DNA of 64,000 nucleotides from Candidatus Latescibacterota bacterium (GTDB taxonomy: Bacteria; Latescibacterota; UBA2968; UBA8231): assembly GCA_965203175.1 (NCBI GenBank), contig OZ241867.1, positions 5,952,001-6,016,000 on the forward strand. The letters are read 5' to 3'. Of this stretch, positions 37,101-45,991 are shown piece by piece; the first letter of the stretch is position 1; each line of letters opens with the position of its first letter. The position numbers and the translations under genes were made by a program. The notes under the pieces were generated by a model. The model did not search any database. It was not told the DNA's origin and saw only the letters and a list, made by a program, of their open reading frames with translations.

Positions 37101-38575
37101 CGGCGTTGCTGAGCAATTTCCTTCAGCCAATCCTGCCACTCGCCCTCGCTGAACGACTTGTCCGCCCGCTCTCCGAAAGCGTCGCGTCCATATTCCCAGA
37201 GCAGCCGGTGTACCGTTATTTGACCCGCCTCGACCAGCCTTTCTCGGAAACGTACTACTAGCTTGAAAAGGCGGGGGTTACGAGCCAACTCGATCACATC
37301 GGAATGCAGATCGGCCTGCGTGAGATTCTCGAAAGCCAGCATCTGGTCGAGTTCGCTTTCCGGTGCCGCATCATAGATGTTTACGTCAATTTGTCTGGCC
37401 TCACTTTCGAGACCCCGAAGTTCCGACAACCTTTCCTTAAAATGGAGAGTACGTGTGCTGACGATTACCCGTACCCGTTTCGCAAACGTCTCGCCTTGCA
37501 AAACTTGCAAAAGTCGTAGCCATTGAACAGAAGGCTCTTGGTTCAGACCATCCAAGAAAACGGTCAGGACAGATCCTTCATCGGTCGGACGCTCAAGCAG
37601 CCGATCAAGCCGACGGAGCCAGTGCTCCCGATCCCGTATCCCGCTCATCTCGTGAAGCCTATCTGCTAGGAGTTGCTTCACGGTGGTTTCGGAGACATTC
37701 CCGATGGCTACCGCAGAGGAAGGCATCACCAGAACAACTGGTTGCGTGTCCTTATTGTCGATCAACCAGTGGAAAGTCGCCCATGTCTTGCCGGTCCCTT
37801 CCAAGCCGACCACAGCAGCCGGGGCACCATCCCGAGCCGCTCCTTGCCACCACTTATTCAGTGCCTCATGTACCCCGTTGCGTTTGACCTTCTTATTCTG
37901 AGCACCCCCAGCCGCGTCTTGTCTGAGTGCAGCCTTTGATTTTTGCGGCGAATTCCAAATTTTGTCGAGCTTATCGTGAGAGCGCGTCCGTACTACCTCA
38001 AACCCCAAGCACCAAGATTGCAAGTCGCGTCGCAACCTTTCGATTGCCTGCTCTGATATGGGTTGAAGAGCACAAGCCGCCGCGCCAGCTTCCTCTGAAA
38101 ACTCTTGCTCAACCAAATCAGGAGCGAATGCACACAATGCTGCAAGCGGTGCCACCTCGTGATCCTTAGAATCCATCCAATCGATAACCAAAATGGGAAC
38201 GCCTAGCCGTTCTCCATGCTGATTAAGCGATTGCCGGATCTGTTCTGGAACGCTACGAGTCACAACAAGCACCCAAGCTTCGAGTGCCTTATCCCGCATC
38301 AGCGCTTGGTCAATCTCCCCAAGCAGCTCCCGTTCGTTCAGGCGGCTGGTGTCGCGGTACTTCTTGCATTCTATGCGGAACCGTCGCCCTTGCTGTCCAG
38401 CCGGACCAGCATCTGCGCCATGTTGAAAGCCAGACTTAGCAACCGCAATCGGCACGTCGAGAAGACGACCGATCAGAGCAGCCGCCAGATCTTCGAGCTT
38501 AGACGCTTCTTGGACTTTTTGCAGTTCCTGCTTGAGTTTTTCTTGGTTTTCCAATTCTGCTGTGCTCAAGGACAT
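34175..38575 (-). CDS. Large restriction-endonuclease-fold + STAND NTPase protein (Avs-like putative antiviral)
   Basis: N-terminal E...GADAG...IECKKY (PD-(D/E)xK); Walker A GLEGTGKT; Walker B VFLDGLNQ; long helical C-terminus; lower GC than flanks. Confidence 0.78.
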   Translation of the reverse strand: MSLSTAELENQEKLKQELQKVQEASKLEDLAAALIGRLLDVPIAVAKSGFQHGADAGPAGQQGRRFRIECKKYRDTSRLNERELLGEIDQALMRDKALEAWVLVVTRSVPEQIRQSLNQHGERLGVPILVIDWMDSKDHEVAPLAALCAFAPDLVEQEFSEEAGAAACALQPISEQAIERLRRDLQSWCLGFEVVRTRSHDKLDKIWNSPQKSKAALRQDAAGGAQNKKVKRNGVHEALNKWWQGAARDGAPAAVVGLEGTGKTWATFHWLIDNKDTQPVVLVMPSSAVAIGNVSETTVKQLLADRLHEMSGIRDREHWLRRLDRLLERPTDEGSVLTVFLDGLNQEPSVQWLRLLQVLQGETFAKRVRVIVSTRTLHFKERLSELRGLESEARQIDVNIYDAAPESELDQMLAFENLTQADLHSDVIELARNPRLFKLVVRFRERLVEAGQITVHRLLWEYGRDAFGERADKSFSEGEWQDWLKEIAQQRRNGIKEYSIKSLGETVDRPDFTVSEVYTRLSDIIDGRFATRNASGVQLAPAVIAHALGVALLNSLDQVTSPKFDNLNAELTKWLDPIAGLDEQTEILRAAVSILVEQGCVAKAPVPGVLVTAWLQSQNIPDEHRQELADLAPQLPNALLDAVEHSDSHAHDSARFWAVNALSKISRDDSAVLDMIVERSCRWLSVVSCDGDRQPDRLKRLIGSDTLGSITVIGVELEQVDQSFNLLKAVVPLIIEGFPLANALPIFETAAVALAVGDRSSCWDGLKWLCLLNEVDSDETATALRGLSEEISRRQPEQGVHPDLPKRIAALLLWLTGQDEDEDAAVSMDPGIDHPLTYEKDYLPQPGRSWFPLERRHAHSVLADTELPLLSRVQRTEELWLEPNFEPPASFVAEVRAAATCIDVEKLNRHGALTSEDYDFEELEPVLARCAPDLLADLIRRKMRSMATCPPESRHWSAIHATDHLVLASEDEAAAARALRLSVEDEDDDASDANNLLLIELRNLDAQDQFDELIHADLKYISTKFAKILRPPTPADVDVLIARHADGSLKQQRDLLTLLSILPIELTDTAWSWVERCAKCQDNNSRGFAFRILTHADPMRFGQMLEADGWSWNQDEHDRVNYYGMAALIKATPTLPFDQLASRLAPWRLLEAVRQRDSNPTEVRLAAKTFGQLLDGRNSSKTIPYCAEDFVPVLQHAPDIVEQWLEGFSEPTTKFQERVFLALCEALLAHDPEQGAPLWNTLRATTITRYIGVGGVEDLLHMVFRVPDSPAVKALRKELVELEHCHTDQALFNLAIAVAYNSKDDWLTTFIEQDRASKFAWRRKRAAVLAGFTVNNTLPVEGAWPDREIKTGYADLAQKAARHRWAEACARHWWLNYLASSDPTEAYAAWVLFLSSADRRCWAWMNQDIEAAQESDDFFKLKMIHARLNQEKLKRALKKREDKLDKNFLDRQIFAGVGPWPKYVPS

Positions 38576-38849
38576 ATTATGCTAGAATTACCCCGGTTTC
38601 GTCTCTACGTGAGATAGTTACTTCGCTTACTGCTCCTCTCTTGGAGCAGTTCCCCGTTTTCCAGTAATTCGTTGTCGATTAGTAAATAAGAAGTTGTTGA
38701 GTTATTCGGAATAATCTGTGAGGAAGGATTAGCTTGAAGGTCAAGTAAAAACGGATCGCCTGTCCGTTAGTGTTCGACTTTGGTGGCCAGAGCGTCGCCG
38801 CTGATGAACTCTTGGGCTACGTCTCTAAGCCGCACACGACACCACTCTA

Positions 38850-39248
38850 TCACACCCTTTCCGCCTCTACCAACCGCCGCCTGACCTCCTCCAGCAACGC
38901 TTCGACGATCGCAAGCGTACCCTCGCGATCGATTGCTTCGGCACTTGAGTCAACACCTGTATAACGAAACTCAAGGGCGTATGGGGTGTAATCGATCAGC
39001 TTGCGGAAGGGCTCCACAGTGACGCCTTGGTCGGCTAGGAGATTGAACAATCTTTCGATATTGTGGGTCAGCGGATACACCTCGCCCAGCAGGGCAATCC
39101 AAGATTTGAACAACTTCTCGGCGGCCTGCTGCACGTGAAAGCCGAAAATTTCGTCGGAGACTTCGTCGGAGCGGCATATGACCCGCAGGACCGCAACATC
39201 GCGCTCGGCCGCATCCAACAGCATCCTCGCACATTTAACGTCGCTCAT
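38850..39248 (-). CDS. HEPN domain protein
   Basis: GFHVQQAAEKLFK, PLTHNI, FRY. Confidence 0.88.
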   Translation of the reverse strand: MSDVKCARMLLDAAERDVAVLRVICRSDEVSDEIFGFHVQQAAEKLFKSWIALLGEVYPLTHNIERLFNLLADQGVTVEPFRKLIDYTPYALEFRYTGVDSSAEAIDREGTLAIVEALLEEVRRRLVEAERV

Positions 39249-39609
39249 AGAGCACCTTCCCCTCCCGCAGCGCCCGCGCCAGAACGTGATTGAGCGAGTC
39301 GCGCCAGTAGTCGACGTCGTCATGGGAATAGACAAGGATATCTGTAGAAACGGGGAATTCGACCAGCGCGTGGTAGAGCCTGACCAGTTCCTGGCGGCGA
39401 CTTCGCTCCGGGCCAAACGGCTCGGCCTCCACCACCACTAGATCCACATCCGAATCTTCCCGCGCGTCGCCCCGAGCGCGAGAGCCGAAGAGGATCACCT
39501 GCTCGGGATCAACCTCGGCGACGATGGCCTGGACCATCTTATCGAGGAGCGCGTCAGTGACAGGTACCATTCCCTTGGCAGTAGAAACTTTTTGCTCACT
39601 AGGCGTCAT
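39235..39609 (-). CDS. Minimal nucleotidyltransferase (MNT)
   Basis: ILFGSRARGDAREDSDVDLVVV; EGKVLYE; overlaps HEPN gene. Confidence 0.9.
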   Translation of the reverse strand: MTPSEQKVSTAKGMVPVTDALLDKMVQAIVAEVDPEQVILFGSRARGDAREDSDVDLVVVEAEPFGPERSRRQELVRLYHALVEFPVSTDILVYSHDDVDYWRDSLNHVLARALREGKVLYERR

Positions 39610-39687
39610 TGGAATCGTCCGACAAGTAGAGAAAAATGATGTCTACATGCTCCTCCAGCCGCGTCGTCGAAATGATCGCATGCGTCT

Positions 39688-40293
39688 TCATTCCCGAGTC
39701 TCCGGCTCTATGCGTTTCATCATATCTATTTTGTCCACCAGTGCAACATGGCCGTCTTCGTCCTCTTCACTGAACCATTCGGCAATGCGCCCCACTTGCC
39801 GGTAACCGACCTTTTCGTACAAACGGCGGGCAGGGGTGTTATTGGCGAATACAGTCAGGTAAATCTGCTGTAGCTCCATTTTGCGCGCCTCTTCCTCCAA
39901 AATTCCCATCAGCGCCGTGCCCAAGCGCCGACCCTGGTACTCGCCGATGATTTTGATTCCCAAAACCCCCATGACCCGGCTGCGGGGAGCCATGCGGCCC
40001 TCGCCAATAATGCGTCCATCCAACTCCAGTAAAAGGTGGGATGCCTGACCTGTCTCGACTTCGACCATGATCTGGGCCAGGCGTTGGCAGCCCAAGGCGA
40101 AATCCGTATCAGCGTGATAGGCCCGCACTCGCTCGCGGTGCAGAATCTGACACATTTCGACGTACGAGGGTATGTCCTGCCAGCGCGGATAGCGGCACAG
40201 CACCTGTCCCCCTTCTATGGGAATGGCTTTGACGAGCTGACCTTCTTTGAGCATGGCGAAGTAGAGGAAGAGGTTGAGTTCGCTGTTTACCAC
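39688..40293 (-). CDS. GNAT acetyltransferase
   Basis: YQGRRLGT, LTVFANNTPARRLYEKVGY; start may be 40254. Confidence 0.85.
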   Translation of the reverse strand: MVNSELNLFLYFAMLKEGQLVKAIPIEGGQVLCRYPRWQDIPSYVEMCQILHRERVRAYHADTDFALGCQRLAQIMVEVETGQASHLLLELDGRIIGEGRMAPRSRVMGVLGIKIIGEYQGRRLGTALMGILEEEARKMELQQIYLTVFANNTPARRLYEKVGYRQVGRIAEWFSEEDEDGHVALVDKIDMMKRIEPETRE

Positions 40294-40329
40294 TCACTTC
40301 CTTCGTGATGGGTACACCGACTCCTCTGT

Positions 40330-40743
40330 CTAGCCGTGTATCCCGTCCAGTTCCGGTAAGAGTTTAACGCTCTCTTGTTCGTTGGGGTCCGTCCGGGCGA
40401 TCACAGCAGTGCAGGTTTCGGTCTCGCTGGGATTGTAGGGAAGATGAGGGATGCCGGCGGGGATGTAAATAAAGTCGCCGCTGCTGATGGATTCATGCTC
40501 CTCCAGTCGCTCGCCATACCACATTATAGATTGGCCACTGATGACATAAATAGCAGTCTCGTGGTTTTCGTGCAGGTGTGCCTTGGCTCGTTCTTTAGGA
40601 GGCAGGTTCAGCAGGTGCATGCAAATCCCCTGCGAGCCGGTGGTCTCGGCGGCGACCCCTGAGACATAGGTGAGTGCCTGTTTGCCTTCGTAGGTTCCTC
40701 GGCCGCGGATCACTTTGCAAGTTGGCTTGGTATGCTCTGACAT
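40330..40743 (-). CDS. Cupin domain protein
   Basis: AHLHENHETAIY, GDFIYIPAGIPHLP, ARTDPNEQES. Confidence 0.9.
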   Translation of the reverse strand: MSEHTKPTCKVIRGRGTYEGKQALTYVSGVAAETTGSQGICMHLLNLPPKERAKAHLHENHETAIYVISGQSIMWYGERLEEHESISSGDFIYIPAGIPHLPYNPSETETCTAVIARTDPNEQESVKLLPELDGIHG

Positions 40744-40768
40744 TGTTTTCCTCTGTGAGTTTACAGGT

Positions 40769-43381
40769 TTAAGACGCCAGCCCGTCGAGCAAGTACTGCT
40801 GTATCCGATCGAGTTCCTCGTGGCTGGCGATCTTCTGCCCTTCGGCATCGACGATGTAGAAGGAATCTTGCGCCCGCGCCGCCACCGTATTGATAATGGC
40901 GCGGTGAATGTTGAGATCCAGCTCGTCCAGCAGATATGCAATTCTGTACAGCAGGCCCACGGTGTCTTGGGCTTCGATATCGACGACCGTGTAGCGGGCT
41001 GAAATGTGATTGTCGAACGCAATGCGAGGCGGCTGGTCGTACTGCCGCTGCCGGCGGCGGCGATCCCAACTGCTGCTGTACTTCGCTATCAACTCGCGGG
41101 CCTTGAGCCGCAGCGAAATAACCTCGGCCACCCGCTCGCGCATGCGCTCCTTCTTCCAGTCGGGCAGCGCCGGGCTGCCGTCGATGTTGGTCACTTGGAA
41201 AATGTCGAGCACCACATCGTCGGCGCGGGTATTGACATCAGCGCGAAGGATGTTGATGTCGTTGACGGCCAAGGCACCGCAGATTTTGGCCATGAGTTGG
41301 CGCTGGTCGCGGGTGCAGACGACGACCTCAGTGTGCCCCTCGTGCTCGATGAATTCCAAGACAAAAGGCTGCTCCCGGCTCAGGTGGGCGATCATCTCCA
41401 AATGCCCCTTGATCTGCGCGCGGTTGTAGGCCACCAAGTAGCTGGGCGATAGCTGCTCAATGTGCTCTTGGAACTGGACGACGCGCTGGGCCGACCAGCG
41501 TCCCTCGATGTGATCGAGATGCTCGTTGAGCTTCTGGCGCGCGCGCTGTTTGGCCTCTAGGGCCTGCATGTCCGACTGCAGTTGCTCGGCCGTCTTGTGG
41601 TACAATTCCCACAGCAAGGCACCTTGCCATTCGGTCCACGCATCGGGCGCAACAGCCGACAGGTCGGCGTACGAAACCAAGTACAGCGCGCGCAGCCATT
41701 CCTCATTGGCAAACAAACCAGCGAACTCGGCGATCATCTCGTAGTCGTCGAGATTGCGCCGCCTAGAAATCAGCACCATGTCCTGATGGTGCTCCACGAG
41801 GAAGCGCAGCATGGACCGCTCCTCTTGGTCCAGCCCCATCCGCTCGCTCAGCTCGTCGGTCATCTCAATGCCGCGCGCGATGTGGTCGTCGCGCTTCCAC
41901 TTGCCCACGTCGTGCAAGAGCACGGCAAAAAACAGCAGGTCGCGGCGCGTGCATTGGGCGAGAATCGCCGACATTTCTCCCTCCTGATGACCGAGAGCTT
42001 CCAGATTCTCCAGCGCGACCAGTGTGTGCTCATCGACTGTGTAGATGTGGTAAATGTCGTATTGGACCAAGCAAGTCAGCCGCTCAAACTCGGGCAGGTA
42101 CGCGCCTAAAATGCCCAAGTCGTGCATGCTCCGGAGCGTAAGCGCCGTGCGGTATTTGCGCTTGAGTATCCTGAAGAACAAGTCGCGGGCCTCAGGCAAG
42201 CGTCTGAAGCCGTCGTTGATTAGCGGCAGACTGGCGCGCACCGCGCTCTGCGCCTGATCGCTCAGTTTCAAGTTCTTGGTCTGGGCCGTGAGGAAAATCT
42301 TTAACAGGCGTAGGGGATCGGCGGCAAAGTACGCCTCGCCGTCGGTGAGGACGATCTCCCCTTCTATCGCAGCGACGCCGCGCTCTAGATACATGCTGCG
42401 GCTGCTGTTGCGCGGCTTGCGCGTCAATTGCTGGAAGGCGCGTTCTACTAGATGGTGCACAGTGCGCGCATGTAGGTAGTACTCGCGCATAAAGCACTCG
42501 ACCGCCAGCTCTTGGTCTTGGTCCTCATAGCCCAAGGCGGCCGCGATCTGCGGCTTGAGATCGTGCTCTAGCACATCGCGCTTGCGGCCCACGGCAAAGT
42601 GGAGCGCGTGCCGCACCCGCCAGAGAAAGGCGCGGCTGTGGGCGAGGCTCTTGCTGCCGCCATCGAGATACTGCGCGTACAAATCGCCGTACTCGGGCGC
42701 TTTGACCTTGGCCTTGAGCGCCCATTCGAACATCTGTATCTCGCGCAAGCCCCCAGGGCTCTCCTTGACATTCGGCTCTAAAAGCTGGACGGATTGCCGC
42801 GCTTCGAGTTGCTGCTGGCGCAGCCGATTCAGCTCGGTGACCGTGCGCTTGGGCACGCGCTTGTAGAGCCGCTGTTGGAACTGGGCAAAAAGCGCGGCGT
42901 CGCCAGCGAGCAGGCGGCCGTCCATCATCGCCGTACGCGATTCCAGATCTTCGCGCACTGCCCTGATCACGTCGTCCAACGTGCGACTGCTGTGCCCCAC
43001 CTCAAACCCCAAGTCCCAGAGCGGATTGAATACGCCAGCAACCACTTTGGGAACCTTGTCTTGGCTCTTGGCGAATAGAAAGAGTAAGTCAACGTCGGAG
43101 TGCGGTGCCATTTCGCAGCGGCCGTATCCGCCCAGCGCCACCAGCGCGTGGGGGCCAGCCGTCTGGGGCATGGCGCTCTGGTAAATAGACAGCACCACGG
43201 CGTCCATGGCCTCGGCAATCCGTCGAGCCACGGTCTGCCCGTCGGCCCCGGCTTGGTGCTCGGCCTCGATCTGCGCGAGGGCTTCTTGCCACAGCGGCCG
43301 CAGGGACTCCCCCACCGGCGCGGGGGGCATCTCTTTTAGCGAGTCGGCAAATGTCTCTGCAAATCCCATAGCTTTTTCCAA
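40769..43381 (-). CDS. glnD: Bifunctional PII uridylyltransferase/uridylyl-removing enzyme
   Basis: ALGGYGR..MAPHSDVDL, EPNVKESPGGLR, YHIYTVDEH, LLHDVGK, two ACT domains. Confidence 0.96.
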   Translation of the reverse strand: MEKAMGFAETFADSLKEMPPAPVGESLRPLWQEALAQIEAEHQAGADGQTVARRIAEAMDAVVLSIYQSAMPQTAGPHALVALGGYGRCEMAPHSDVDLLFLFAKSQDKVPKVVAGVFNPLWDLGFEVGHSSRTLDDVIRAVREDLESRTAMMDGRLLAGDAALFAQFQQRLYKRVPKRTVTELNRLRQQQLEARQSVQLLEPNVKESPGGLREIQMFEWALKAKVKAPEYGDLYAQYLDGGSKSLAHSRAFLWRVRHALHFAVGRKRDVLEHDLKPQIAAALGYEDQDQELAVECFMREYYLHARTVHHLVERAFQQLTRKPRNSSRSMYLERGVAAIEGEIVLTDGEAYFAADPLRLLKIFLTAQTKNLKLSDQAQSAVRASLPLINDGFRRLPEARDLFFRILKRKYRTALTLRSMHDLGILGAYLPEFERLTCLVQYDIYHIYTVDEHTLVALENLEALGHQEGEMSAILAQCTRRDLLFFAVLLHDVGKWKRDDHIARGIEMTDELSERMGLDQEERSMLRFLVEHHQDMVLISRRRNLDDYEMIAEFAGLFANEEWLRALYLVSYADLSAVAPDAWTEWQGALLWELYHKTAEQLQSDMQALEAKQRARQKLNEHLDHIEGRWSAQRVVQFQEHIEQLSPSYLVAYNRAQIKGHLEMIAHLSREQPFVLEFIEHEGHTEVVVCTRDQRQLMAKICGALAVNDINILRADVNTRADDVVLDIFQVTNIDGSPALPDWKKERMRERVAEVISLRLKARELIAKYSSSWDRRRRQRQYDQPPRIAFDNHISARYTVVDIEAQDTVGLLYRIAYLLDELDLNIHRAIINTVAARAQDSFYIVDAEGQKIASHEELDRIQQYLLDGLAS

Positions 43382-43408
43382 ATTTAAATTTATTAAATAT
43401 ACGGCGTG

Positions 43409-43437
43409 GTAGGGGGCGGTTTCAAACCGTCCCCTAC
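43409..43437. repeat. GTAG-type REP-like palindrome
   Basis: GTAGGGGGCGGTTTCAAACCGTCCCCTAC, intergenic. Confidence 0.65.
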
Positions 43438-43463
43438 TGCGTAACGTCAGTCAAATAATGTCC

Positions 43464-43492
43464 TTGACAGATAGAAATACTATCTATACTTT
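43464..43492 (+). promoter_or_regulatory. Candidate sigma70 promoter with palindrome AGATAG-N5-CTATCT in the spacer
   Basis: TTGACA 43464-43469; TATACT/TACTTT at 43485-43492; AT-rich region upstream of the iron operon. Confidence 0.5.
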
Positions 43493-43562
43493 TGTTTGGC
43501 ATATAAAACAAAGAATTATTGAAACAAACATTTGTTTTTATCGTGAAAAGTATGTAACAGTA

Positions 43563-44819
43563 ATGAGACGTACGATTAATAAGTCTTATTTTCATATTTT
43601 TCAGCTACTTATCCTTCTCGTCTTCCTATCCGTGCAGGACGCGAATGCCTCCGCAAAGCCGTCCTTCCATCTAGAAGGCTACGGCGAGATGCTCTATTCC
43701 CACTTTGATTTCGGACCCGACCAGAAAAGCGGCCCCCATGGCTCTCCCCCAGACAGCCGCGCCATCATCGACATCACCCGACTCGCGCTCGAATTAGAAG
43801 TCGAGTTGCTCAAAAATACAGAGCTGGAAGCCGAGGTGGAATTTGAGCACGGCGGAGCTGGTGCCGCGCTGGAATTGGAGTTTGAAGAATTCGGCGAGTT
43901 CGAGCAGGAAATCGAAAAAGGCGGCGAAGTCGTCGTCGAGGAGCTAGCCGTCGAGCGGACCTTCAGCGATGCCTTCCGCGTCCGCTTGGGGCATTTCTAC
44001 GTCGCCGTGGGCCACTTGAGCCATCGCTACCATCCCGCCGATTTCTTCGGCTCCCAGCGCTCGGAAGCCGAGACCTCCATCATTCCGGCTCTCTGGCACG
44101 AGACCGGCGTGGAGGTCTCCGGGGCCTACCGGGGCTGGCGCTACCAGCTACAGCTAATCAATGGCCTAGACGCGACCGGTTTCAGCTCGCAAAACTGGAT
44201 CGTCAGCGGCCACCAAAAGCGCTTTGAGACGATTCAGGCGACCAATATGGCTTGGGTCGCCCGCCTCGATTATCAGTTCGCGCGGCACTGTGTGCTGGGT
44301 ATTTCCGGCTATCGCGGCGACAGCGCCGACAACCGCCCCAAGCCCGATATGGAAGGAATTGACGCGCACGTCTCCATCGTCGATGTGCACGGCAGCTTCG
44401 ACTGGGGGCGGGTCCGCGCGCGCGGGTTATACCTCTATGGACATCTGCAGAACGCCGCCCTCGTCAGCGCCCGCAACCGCACCCTATCGAACAATCTCGA
44501 CGTCTTGCGCTCGCCGGTGGCCCGGGAGGCGTATGCGGCCTTCGTCGAGGTCGGCTACGACGTTCTGCCTTGGCTGGCCGCTCCCTCGCCCAACCGCTTG
44601 GACCTGTTCATCCGCTTGGACGCGTACGACAGCATGGCCGCAGTCCCGGACGAGACCTTTGACAATCCGCGCTTTGCGCGCCGGGTCTATACCTTGGGCG
44701 CGAACTACAACATGGAAGAAACCGTAGTGCTCAAAGCCGATTACGCCATGCGGCGGCTGGGTGCCGCCCGCTTTAACCCTGAAAACACCCTGAGCTTGGG
44801 GCTGGGATTTCAGTTTTAA
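43563..44819 (+). CDS. Outer-membrane beta-barrel/porin associated with imelysin
   Basis: Signal peptide; EVEFEHGG, EIEKGGEV, WHETG; terminal F. Confidence 0.8.
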   Translation: MRRTINKSYFHIFQLLILLVFLSVQDANASAKPSFHLEGYGEMLYSHFDFGPDQKSGPHGSPPDSRAIIDITRLALELEVELLKNTELEAEVEFEHGGAGAALELEFEEFGEFEQEIEKGGEVVVEELAVERTFSDAFRVRLGHFYVAVGHLSHRYHPADFFGSQRSEAETSIIPALWHETGVEVSGAYRGWRYQLQLINGLDATGFSSQNWIVSGHQKRFETIQATNMAWVARLDYQFARHCVLGISGYRGDSADNRPKPDMEGIDAHVSIVDVHGSFDWGRVRARGLYLYGHLQNAALVSARNRTLSNNLDVLRSPVAREAYAAFVEVGYDVLPWLAAPSPNRLDLFIRLDAYDSMAAVPDETFDNPRFARRVYTLGANYNMEETVVLKADYAMRRLGAARFNPENTLSLGLGFQF

Positions 44820-44900
44820 AAAACATTCACTGTGAAACCGGGCACTGGTGGAAGTCACCTGCGCACTGGATTTCAATTTTGACAAAAGGGAGCTACCCTT

Positions 44901-45977
44901 ATGAAAACCATACTCTTGCGATTAGGGATCGGACTAGCCACTTGCAGCTTGCTGCTCATTGCCGGCTGCGGCGACGACAGCGACGCACCCACCGGGCCAG
45001 CCGAAGCCGAGTTCGACTTCGCGCCCATCTTGAACAACTTCACCGACAACATCGTCATTGCCACGTACGCGGACTTGGACGAGCGGGCCGGCGAACTGCT
45101 CGCCGCAATCGAGGCTCTGCGCAGCGATACCACGCCTGAAAACCTCAGTGCTGCCCGCAACGCTTGGGTAGCCACGCGCATCCCCTGGGAAGCCAGCGAG
45201 GGATTTCTCTTTGGGCCAGTGGACTTCAACGGCTACGATCCAGCGCTCGACAGTTGGCCGGTCAACCGCACGGACTTGGACGGAGTATTGGCCAGCGACA
45301 ACGACTTGACGACCGCGTACGTGAACAGTCTGGACGGAACCCTCAAGGGTTTCCACACCATCGAATACCTGCTCTTTGACGAAGGCGGCAGCAAGACCGC
45401 AGCCGATTTCACCGACCGCGAATTCGCCTATCTGATCGCCACGACCCAAGATCTAAAGGCCACTACCAGCGACCTGCACACGAGCTGGATCTCCTCCGGC
45501 GGCAACTTTGGCCAAAAGGTCCGCAATGCCGGCAGTGGCAGCGACGCGTATCCGTCCGCCCAGTCGGCAGTCCAGGAAATGGTCGGCGGCATGATCGGCA
45601 TCTGCGACGAGGTGGCTAACGGCAAAATCGCCGACCCCTTCGTCGAGCAAGATACCCGCCTCGTCGAATCCCAATTTAGCTTCAATTCTATTGCCGACTT
45701 CCAGAACAACCTCCGCAGTGTCCTGCACGTCTATACCGGCGACTATGCGGGCGCCGGCGCGGGCTTGGACGAATTCATCCGCCAAGCCGATGCCGACCTC
45801 GATCAGCGGCTCAAAGAGGAAATCCAGACGGCCATCAACGAAATCGGCCGTATACAGTACCCCTTCCGCGACGCCATTTCCTCGGATCGAGACCAAGTCG
45901 AAAAGGCGCAGGCTGCGGTGGCCAAAGTCCAGCAAACCTTGGAGGAAGATATCCTGCCGCTGGTGTTAGGTAATTAA
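44901..45977 (+). CDS. Imelysin (peptidase M75/IrpA-like) iron-binding lipoprotein
   Basis: Lipobox IAGC; WEASEGFLFGP, DSWP, GFHTIEYLLF (HxxE), ESQFS. Confidence 0.9.
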   Translation: MKTILLRLGIGLATCSLLLIAGCGDDSDAPTGPAEAEFDFAPILNNFTDNIVIATYADLDERAGELLAAIEALRSDTTPENLSAARNAWVATRIPWEASEGFLFGPVDFNGYDPALDSWPVNRTDLDGVLASDNDLTTAYVNSLDGTLKGFHTIEYLLFDEGGSKTAADFTDREFAYLIATTQDLKATTSDLHTSWISSGGNFGQKVRNAGSGSDAYPSAQSAVQEMVGGMIGICDEVANGKIADPFVEQDTRLVESQFSFNSIADFQNNLRSVLHVYTGDYAGAGAGLDEFIRQADADLDQRLKEEIQTAINEIGRIQYPFRDAISSDRDQVEKAQAAVAKVQQTLEEDILPLVLGN

Positions 45978-45991
45978 TCTCCTCTCTCACA

